Assembly: GCF_004353825.1 (NCBI RefSeq)
Contig: NZ_SMNA01000004.1
Span: 62,001 to 126,000 of the forward strand
Origin: Occultella glacieicola
Lineage (GTDB): Bacteria > Actinomycetota > Actinomycetes > Actinomycetales > Beutenbergiaceae
Length of the DNA: 64,000 nucleotides
Direction of reading: 5' to 3'
The notes under the pieces are model-generated. The model was not told the DNA's origin. It saw nothing but the letters and a program-made list of their open reading frames with translations, and did not search any database. This document shows, piece by piece, positions 57,380-64,000 of this stretch (within the stretch, counting starts at the first letter, position 1; every line of letters begins with the position of its first letter). The position numbers and the translations under genes were made by a program.

Positions 57380-59005
57380 ATGAAGATCGATCGACGTAGT
57401 TTCCTCGGCCTGACCGCACTCGCCGGGGTCGGTGCCCTGAGCGCCTGCGGGCCCGACGGCTCGGCACCACCGCAGGGCGGGAGCGGCGGGGCGACCCCCG
57501 ACGCCACGACCGTGCTGCCCACCTACCAGGCGTTCGAGGTCGCCGCCCCGGACCTGCCCTCGGACTCGGAGTTCTCCCTGCCCGGCTACTACACCTACCC
57601 GGCCAGTCCCACCGCGGCCACCACCGAGACCCCCGGGTCCGGCGGGTCGATCACGGCGATGACCTACACCTACGACCCGATCGCGCCCGAGCTGGCGAAC
57701 AACCAGCACTGGCAGAACATCAACTCCCTCCTCGGCACCGACCTGGGCATCACCTACAGCCCGTCCGCCGACTACGACGCGAAGTTCGCCACCACGATCG
57801 CCGGTGGCGATCTGCCGGACATGATCAACATCCGCACGGTGCAGCAACAGATGCCGGCGATGCTCGCGGCGACGTTCGCCGACCTGACCGAACACCTCGC
57901 CGGCGACGCGGTGCTGGACTACCCGGCCCTCGCCGCCATCCCGGAGGGGACCTGGCGCACCGCGATCTTCGAGAACGCGATCTGGGGTGTGCCGATCCCA
58001 CGCTCGCCCATCGGGGGTGTCCTGTACACCCGCAACGACCTGCTCATCGAACGCGGCGCGAACACCGACCCCGCGAACTACGAGGAGTTCGTGGAGATGG
58101 CGACCACGCTCACGGATGCCAGCAAGAGCCAGTGGGCGTTCGGCGACCCGGGTGGCCTGCTGTCCCACGTCGCCCAGATGAACGGGATCGGGAACGCGTG
58201 GGTCGAGGAGAACGGCGAGTTCTCCTACGCGCAGGCCTCGCCCGCCTACGAGCAGGCGCTCGCGGACACGGTCGCCATGATCGAGGCGGGCCTGTTCCAC
58301 CCCGACTCGGCCGCCGTGCAGAACACCGAACGCAACGAGTGGGTCAACAACGGCACCACCTGCTTCGCCTACGGTGGTTACGCCGGCTGGTCGAAGTTCT
58401 TCGTGGCCGGAGCCGGCATCGAGGGCTTCCAGATGACCGGCCAGGTGGCCCCGGGCCGCGACGGGGGCGACGGCGTCCGTGGCGGCAGTGGGTTCTCGGC
58501 CGGCTTCATGGCGTTCAAGCCGACCGACGACCCGGAGCGGATCGCCGAGCTGCTGCGGATCCTGAACTGGCTCGCGTCCCCGTTCGGCAGCACCGAGTTC
58601 CTCGCCCGCAAGTTCGGGGTGGAGGGCGTGGACCACACCCTCGAGGGGTCGGACCCGGTGCTGACCAGCGTCGGCGCGGCCGAGACCGTGCTGCCGCTGC
58701 GGTACCTGTCCGAACCGCCGTCGGTGCTGTACGAGCCCGGCAACCCGGACGCCGTCGACCAGCAGTTCGAGTTCATGGCGAAGGCCGCACCCCTGATCGT
58801 CCCGGACCCGACGACCGGCCTCTACTCCGAGACCGCGGTCACCGCCGGTGCCTCGGCGGGGACCGCGCTCGGCGACGCCCGGAACGAGATCCTCGCCGGC
58901 CGCCAGCCCGTCTCCTCCTGGGCGACCGCCGTGGAGGACTACATGCTCGAGGTCGGCAACAGCCTCAAGGACGAGTACGAGACGGCGTTCGCGGCGCAGG
59001 CCTGA
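57380..59005 (+). CDS. oligosaccharide-binding Tat lipoprotein (LplA-like)
   Basis: DRRSFL, LSAC, IAGGDLPD, FGVEG.DH. Confidence 0.9.
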   Translation: MKIDRRSFLGLTALAGVGALSACGPDGSAPPQGGSGGATPDATTVLPTYQAFEVAAPDLPSDSEFSLPGYYTYPASPTAATTETPGSGGSITAMTYTYDPIAPELANNQHWQNINSLLGTDLGITYSPSADYDAKFATTIAGGDLPDMINIRTVQQQMPAMLAATFADLTEHLAGDAVLDYPALAAIPEGTWRTAIFENAIWGVPIPRSPIGGVLYTRNDLLIERGANTDPANYEEFVEMATTLTDASKSQWAFGDPGGLLSHVAQMNGIGNAWVEENGEFSYAQASPAYEQALADTVAMIEAGLFHPDSAAVQNTERNEWVNNGTTCFAYGGYAGWSKFFVAGAGIEGFQMTGQVAPGRDGGDGVRGGSGFSAGFMAFKPTDDPERIAELLRILNWLASPFGSTEFLARKFGVEGVDHTLEGSDPVLTSVGAAETVLPLRYLSEPPSVLYEPGNPDAVDQQFEFMAKAAPLIVPDPTTGLYSETAVTAGASAGTALGDARNEILAGRQPVSSWATAVEDYMLEVGNSLKDEYETAFAAQA

Positions 59006-59026
59006 CCCGCGTTCTAGGATCCGAGG

Positions 59027-60016
59027 ATGGCAACGGTGAAGTCGATCGCGGCGGCCGCGGGCGTATCCCCGTCCGTGGTCTCCGCGGTCCTGCACGGAAG
59101 CAAGCACGTGCGGGTGTCCGAGGCCACCCGCGCCCGCGTGCAACGGGCCGTCGACGCCGCCGGATACGTGCCCAACCATGCGGCCCGGGCGCTGCGGCTG
59201 CAGCGCACCGGGGTGCTCGCGCTGGTGCTGCCGAAGCTCGACAACCCGGTCTACCACCGGCTCGTCGACGGCATCTACGACGCGGCGGACGCGCACGGGT
59301 ACAGCGTGCTGCTCGGCGACGGCATCCGGGCCACGTCCGGCTCGCTGATGCTGCAGCGCATGGTCGGCGGTGGGCAGGTGGACGGCACCCTGATCCGACC
59401 CGGCGCCACGATCAGCGAGGATGTGCTCACCCAGATCCGGGCCGGCGGCGGACCCATCGTGATCCTCGACGACGTCTCCGCGGAGGACCACTGGGTGGCC
59501 CTGCAGGACGAGCTCGGCGCCTACCTGGCGACCCGGCACCTGGTCGAGAAGGGGCACGAACGGATCGCCTACCTCGGTCAGACCCGCTACCAGCACGATC
59601 GCGTCGTGGGATACCGCAGGGCACTGAGCGAGTCCGGCCTGCCGGCACCCGACGACTACGTGATCCACAGCCTCCAAGGCACCCACGACGGCTACGAGAG
59701 GTTCCCGACGCTGCTCGACCTGGACCCGCGCCCCACCGCCGTGCTCGTGAACAACGTGACCACCGCCGTCGGGGTCCTCGCCGCGGCGACCGACGCGGGC
59801 CTGACGGTGCCGGACGACCTGGCGGTGATCGGCTACCACGAGACCACGATCGCCGCCGACCTGCGGCCGAGTCTGAGCACGGTGGAGATGCCGCTGTACG
59901 AGCTCGGCCGGGTCGGCGTGGACCTGATGCACACCGCGTTGACCGGTGAGCCGGTGGACTCGCACACCATCACCGAGCCGCTGCCGAGGGTCATCGAGCG
60001 CCAGTCCACAGCCTGA
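59027..60016 (+). CDS. LacI family transcriptional regulator
   Basis: HTH IA..AGVS.S.VS.VL, GY.PN..AR.L, VPDDLAVIG, P.LSTV, I.RQST. Confidence 0.93.
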   Translation: MATVKSIAAAAGVSPSVVSAVLHGSKHVRVSEATRARVQRAVDAAGYVPNHAARALRLQRTGVLALVLPKLDNPVYHRLVDGIYDAADAHGYSVLLGDGIRATSGSLMLQRMVGGGQVDGTLIRPGATISEDVLTQIRAGGGPIVILDDVSAEDHWVALQDELGAYLATRHLVEKGHERIAYLGQTRYQHDRVVGYRRALSESGLPAPDDYVIHSLQGTHDGYERFPTLLDLDPRPTAVLVNNVTTAVGVLAAATDAGLTVPDDLAVIGYHETTIAADLRPSLSTVEMPLYELGRVGVDLMHTALTGEPVDSHTITEPLPRVIERQSTA

Positions 60017-60088
60017 TCGTGCGTCCGGATCGTGGGACGCGCGGACGATCCGGGAACAACGGGGCCGGGTGAGCCCGTTGGCCCCTCC

Positions 60089-61369
60089 ATGACGTCACCC
60101 GCGCCCGCGCGCGTCCGGATCAGCGCACCGTTCGTGCTGCTGCTCGCCTCGCTGACGGCGATCGGGCCGCTCACCATCGACCTCTACCTCGCCGCGTTCC
60201 CCGAGATCGTGACCGAGCTGGGCACCACCGACGCGCGCGTGCAGCTGACCATGACGGCCACCCTCGCCGGTCTCGCCGTCGGCCAGCTGCTCCTCGGCTC
60301 GCTCTCGGACGCCTACGGGCGACGGCGGCCGCTGCTGATCGCACTGGGCGTGTACGTCGCGACCTCGGTCGCCATCATCGGCGTCGGCTCGATCGAGATG
60401 CTCACCGTGCTCCGCGCCCTCCAGGGCCTCAGCGGCGGCGCCGGCATGGTGCTCGCGATGGCCGTCGTGCGCGACTCCTACTCCGGGATCGGCATGAGCC
60501 GGGTGATCTCGCGGCTGATGCTCGTGGTGGGCGTGGCCCCGATCCTCGCGCCCTCGATCGGTGCCCAGATCCTGCTGGTCGGCTCCTGGCGCACGATGTT
60601 CGGCGTGCTCGCCGCGTTCGGAGTGCTCCTGTTCGTGCTGGCTGCGCTGTTCCTGAAGGAGACCCTGCCGCGCGAGGCCCGGCGCACCGGCGGCACCCGC
60701 ACCGCGGTCGCCTCCTACCGGTCCCTGCTCACCGACTGGTCCTATATCGGCGTCGTGCTGATGGGGGCGTTCTACATGGGCGCGATGTTCGCCTACGTGG
60801 CCTCCTCGACGTTCGTGTTCCAGCAGGGCTTCGAGCTGAGCGCCTCCGAGTTCGGGTACATCTTCGGCGCCGGCGCACTCGCCGTGACCATCGGTTCCCA
60901 GGTCAACGGCGCGCTGGTCAGCCGGTTCACACCGGAACGGATCGTGACGACGGCGATCGCGGCCGGCTGGGTGCTCTCGCTCGCCCTGTTCGTGGTCGCC
61001 TCGACCGTGGCCGCGAACGGCTCCGGGCTGGTGCCGCTGGTCGCGCTGCTCATCCCGACCCTGGGTACCGTCGGCTTCGTGATGCCGTCCGTGCCCGCGA
61101 TCGTGCTGGAGCACAACGGACACCGGGCCGGCTCCGCGGCCGCCCTGAACGGGGCGATGGGCTTCGTGATGGGCGCGCTGATCTCGCCGGTGAGCAGCCT
61201 CCTCGGGGGCGGCCCGACGGCGATGGCGGGGGTCATGTTCGCCGTCATCACCATCTCCGGGGTGCTGCTGCTCGCCGTGCAGCGGCGATGGGCGAGCGCG
61301 AGCGCCGCCGCCGTGGCCGTTCCGGTCGTGGCCGACCTCGACGAGCAGGTCGAGCCCGCGCAGCCCTGA
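60089..61369 (+). CDS. Bcr/CflA family MFS efflux transporter
   Basis: IDLYL.AFP, GQL..G.LSD.YGRRRPL, P..AP.IG. Confidence 0.9.
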   Translation: MTSPAPARVRISAPFVLLLASLTAIGPLTIDLYLAAFPEIVTELGTTDARVQLTMTATLAGLAVGQLLLGSLSDAYGRRRPLLIALGVYVATSVAIIGVGSIEMLTVLRALQGLSGGAGMVLAMAVVRDSYSGIGMSRVISRLMLVVGVAPILAPSIGAQILLVGSWRTMFGVLAAFGVLLFVLAALFLKETLPREARRTGGTRTAVASYRSLLTDWSYIGVVLMGAFYMGAMFAYVASSTFVFQQGFELSASEFGYIFGAGALAVTIGSQVNGALVSRFTPERIVTTAIAAGWVLSLALFVVASTVAANGSGLVPLVALLIPTLGTVGFVMPSVPAIVLEHNGHRAGSAAALNGAMGFVMGALISPVSSLLGGGPTAMAGVMFAVITISGVLLLAVQRRWASASAAAVAVPVVADLDEQVEPAQP

Positions 61370-61451
61370 CCCGCCGCCCCGCGCCTGCGCTGCCGACCGC
61401 GCGGAACCCCCGGCTGGGCCCGACCCGGAGCGGGGCTACCGCGTACTCGAG

Positions 61452-61523
61452 CCGCGAGACTTGGGTCGCGAGACTTGGACCGCGAGACCTGGACCGCGAG
61501 ACTTGGACCGCGCTTGGGCCGCG
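61452..61523. repeat. intergenic 14-bp tandem repeat
   Basis: ccgcgagacttgga-like x4 plus a partial copy. Confidence 0.88.
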
Positions 61524-61589
61524 GTGACTGCGGGGGTCACGTGAAGATCTGCGGAGGGCCACGGCATTCGGATCCGCGCGGGGCCGGGC

Positions 61590-62636
61590 ATGACCGATCA
61601 TCGAGCCATGCGCACACTCGGGTGGATCGCCGTCGCCCTCATCGCCGTCGCCGCGGTCGCGACCCTGGACCCGGCGCGCCTCGGCCCGGACGGCGCGACC
61701 CTCTCCACCGCGAATGCGGCGATGCAGTTCATCGCCCTCCGGCCCTGGCTGGTCCTGGGGTTCACGGTGGCCGCGACCCTCACCGGGCTGCTCGCGGCCG
61801 GGATGCTGCGCTGGCGCGGACGGGCACCCCGGCTGATCACCGTCGTGGTGATCCTCGGCCTCACCGCGGTCGGGCACGGCGCGGTGCTTGCCGGCCGCGG
61901 GCTGAGTGCCGGTGGGGTCCCCACCGCCGCGACCGAGACCGCCGACGAGATCACCCTGTTGAACCTGAACCTGCGTGGCCGGGCCGCCGACACCGACGAC
62001 GTCGTCGACCTGGTCCGCGAAGCCGGCGTGGACGTGCTGGTGCTGCCCGAGTCCGGTGGTGACGTGCTCGGGGAACTGGCCGACGCGCTCGCGGCCGCCG
62101 GGGAACGGTTCGAGGCATTCGCGGGCACCCGTGGCGTCTCCGACCCCGACGGCACGGGCATTCTGGTGAGTGAGTCGATGGGCGCGTACGAGGAGGTCCC
62201 CTCCACCGAGCGCAGCGTGCTCCGGATCGTCCCGGTGAGCGGGGACGGGCCACCGATCACGGCCGTGCACCCGCGATCGCCGCCGGGGATCCGTACCGCG
62301 CTCGTCAGGCCGCAGGCACTGCAGACCTGGCGGGACGAGGTCGCGGCCGTGGCGCCGTTATGCGCGCAGACGCCCGGCGGCATCGTCGCGGGTGACTTCA
62401 ACGCCACCCTCGACCATGCCCCGATGCGGACGATCGCGCCCTGCGTAGACGCCTCGGTGCTCGCCGGGATCGGCGGCGTGTCCACCTACCCGGTGCGGAT
62501 GCCGGCCCTGCTCGGCACCACGATCGATCACGTCCTGATCGACCCGGCCGACTTCGAGGTGACGGCGGGAGCCGTGGTGGAGGTCCCGGGCACCGACCAC
62601 CGGGGCGTGCTGATCCGGCTGGTTCCGGTGCGCTGA
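61590..62636 (+). CDS. membrane-anchored endonuclease/exonuclease/phosphatase family protein
   Basis: Three TMs; LN, L.LPE, VH, AGDFNAT.DH, IDHVL, TDH. Confidence 0.9.
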   Translation: MTDHRAMRTLGWIAVALIAVAAVATLDPARLGPDGATLSTANAAMQFIALRPWLVLGFTVAATLTGLLAAGMLRWRGRAPRLITVVVILGLTAVGHGAVLAGRGLSAGGVPTAATETADEITLLNLNLRGRAADTDDVVDLVREAGVDVLVLPESGGDVLGELADALAAAGERFEAFAGTRGVSDPDGTGILVSESMGAYEEVPSTERSVLRIVPVSGDGPPITAVHPRSPPGIRTALVRPQALQTWRDEVAAVAPLCAQTPGGIVAGDFNATLDHAPMRTIAPCVDASVLAGIGGVSTYPVRMPALLGTTIDHVLIDPADFEVTAGAVVEVPGTDHRGVLIRLVPVR

Positions 62637-62691
62637 TCGGGTCGGATCTCTCGGTGACCCGTCTGCACCTGCGCGGGACCGATGTGGACGG

Positions 62692-63312
62692 TCAGAACGT
62701 GTTGTCGCCGAACTGGGCGTTCAGTGCCGGCTTGAGCGCGTCGAGGATGTTCGGGGATAGCACATTCGCCCAGTCCTTGACCTGAGTGACTGCCTTCTGC
62801 GGCTTGTTGAAGTTGCTGCCGTGGGCCGGATGGGACTTGTTCGGCATCACGATGGCCAGCGACAGCTGCTTGCGCATCTCGCGCCATTCAGCCGGTGGCA
62901 GCGGCGTCTCCTGCTGGTCGTACGTGTCGAGCACGGCACGGAACTTCGCGAAGTCGATCGTGCCTCCACCGACAGGCTGCTGGTCGCCGACCGGTCCCGT
63001 CTGAGCGTCTGCTTGGATTCGATCCATCAGCTGCTCAGCCTCTGGTATCGAGAGCGTTCTCGACGTCCAGCCCGGAGGTCCGGTGTAGTTCCGTGTGATC
63101 GAGTTGAATGTCTCGCCCGTGGCGTCCTCGTGGAAGTTCCCGCTCCCGCCCGCAACCCAGGCCCGCTGCACAGCAACCAGCAGGGATACGGCGTGGTTGC
63201 CGACCTGCCTCTGCATCGCGGCCAGCCGTGGCGGGTACCCCGTAGCGGCGACCGGGCCGTCAGGCTCCCGCAGGGGTTCGCGACGAGGATGTTGACCGGC
63301 GTACTTGTGCAT
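62692..63312 (-). CDS. hypothetical protein with eCIS-cargo-like N-terminal motif
   Basis: LAAMQRQVGNHAVSLL..VQR; balanced amino-acid composition; RBS GGAGAG; visibly less GC-rich. Confidence 0.65.
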   Translation of the reverse strand: MHKYAGQHPRREPLREPDGPVAATGYPPRLAAMQRQVGNHAVSLLVAVQRAWVAGGSGNFHEDATGETFNSITRNYTGPPGWTSRTLSIPEAEQLMDRIQADAQTGPVGDQQPVGGGTIDFAKFRAVLDTYDQQETPLPPAEWREMRKQLSLAIVMPNKSHPAHGSNFNKPQKAVTQVKDWANVLSPNILDALKPALNAQFGDNTF

Positions 63313-63520
63313 CGGGGTCTCTCCGAGGGGTCACGGATCCGGCGTGACGTCCAGTGTCGCGATGGACGACGGCCGGACCCAGCGTCGGTTCGAGCACGCA
63401 CGGGGGAACCAACGTCTTCCCGTTGAGGCATCGCCGGACCCGCCCGGGACCAGATCCCGGTCCACGCCCCCCTCCCGTGGGGGAGGCGGGGCACGGTCCG
63501 GCCCTGCCAGACTCGGGCAC

Positions 63521-64000
63521 ATGGGACACGTGCGGCGGCTGGCGGAGACCACCGCCCGGCGGGCCGTGTTCTGCGTCATCGGCGGTCTGATGTTCGGCGC
63601 CTACGCGGTGCTCGTGACCGGTTTCGCCCAGATGCTCGCCGACCCGTCGGTCCCACCGGTAATCATCTGGATCCTGGTCGCGCTCGCCGGTGCGATCGCG
63701 CTCAGCCCGCCGGTGCTGCTCGGTGTGCGGACGCTCGAGATCCAGGCCGTCCGCGCGTTCCTGGACGTCGACCTGCCAGTCCCGGTCGGCCGAGTCTCCG
63801 GCGAGGCCCGCTGGCGTGGGGCGCTCTGGTACACGGCGCACCTGCTCATCGGTGCGGCCGCGACGATGGCACTGCTGACCGCGGTTCCGCTGGGCGTGGT
63901 GTTGGTGCTGCGCACCTCGGCCACCGGCCTGGTGATGAACCGCATGATCGGCTCGTTCGCGGGACTGCCCTGGCCGCTCGCCGTGCTCCTCGGGCTCGTG
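63521..64000 (+). CDS. probable sensor histidine kinase, N-terminal membrane part (truncated by window)
   Basis: Open frame from ATG 63521 to the window edge: hydrophobic helices with VR.LE...R.FL.V.LP and R.ALW...H...G; not in ORF track because there is no stop. Confidence 0.65.
   Translation, partial: MGHVRRLAETTARRAVFCVIGGLMFGAYAVLVTGFAQMLADPSVPPVIIWILVALAGAIALSPPVLLGVRTLEIQAVRAFLDVDLPVPVGRVSGEARWRGALWYTAHLLIGAAATMALLTAVPLGVVLVLRTSATGLVMNRMIGSFAGLPWPLAVLLGLV

Overview
This is a very GC-rich actinobacterial chromosomal segment; a Micrococcales-like origin is inferred from gene content only. It holds about 50 protein-coding genes, and I recognised no rRNA, tRNA, CRISPR array, integrase or transposase. 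Housekeeping and stress genes include nfo, hsp20 with an upstream CIRCE, ggt, hrpA and pcm. There are two LPXTG sortase-anchored surface proteins and an M23/FG-GAP secreted protein. A WYL regulator and a DrrAB-type exporter share an operator-like palindrome. Three carbohydrate ABC systems are present, one of them a UspABC-like operon split by about 10 kb, plus rhamnose-related genes (GH106-like, rhaM). Also present are a CatA-type acetyltransferase, two NERD-domain proteins and a VapBC pair whose toxin carries two frameshifts. The best candidate for an undescribed system is a LacI-controlled uptake/catabolism locus (51.5-60 kb) combining an unknown Tat-exported enzyme with a polysaccharide pyruvyl transferase-family protein. 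An orphan, less GC-rich gene with an eCIS-cargo-like N-terminal motif lies near the right end. All product calls come from reading motifs by eye; no database searches were run.
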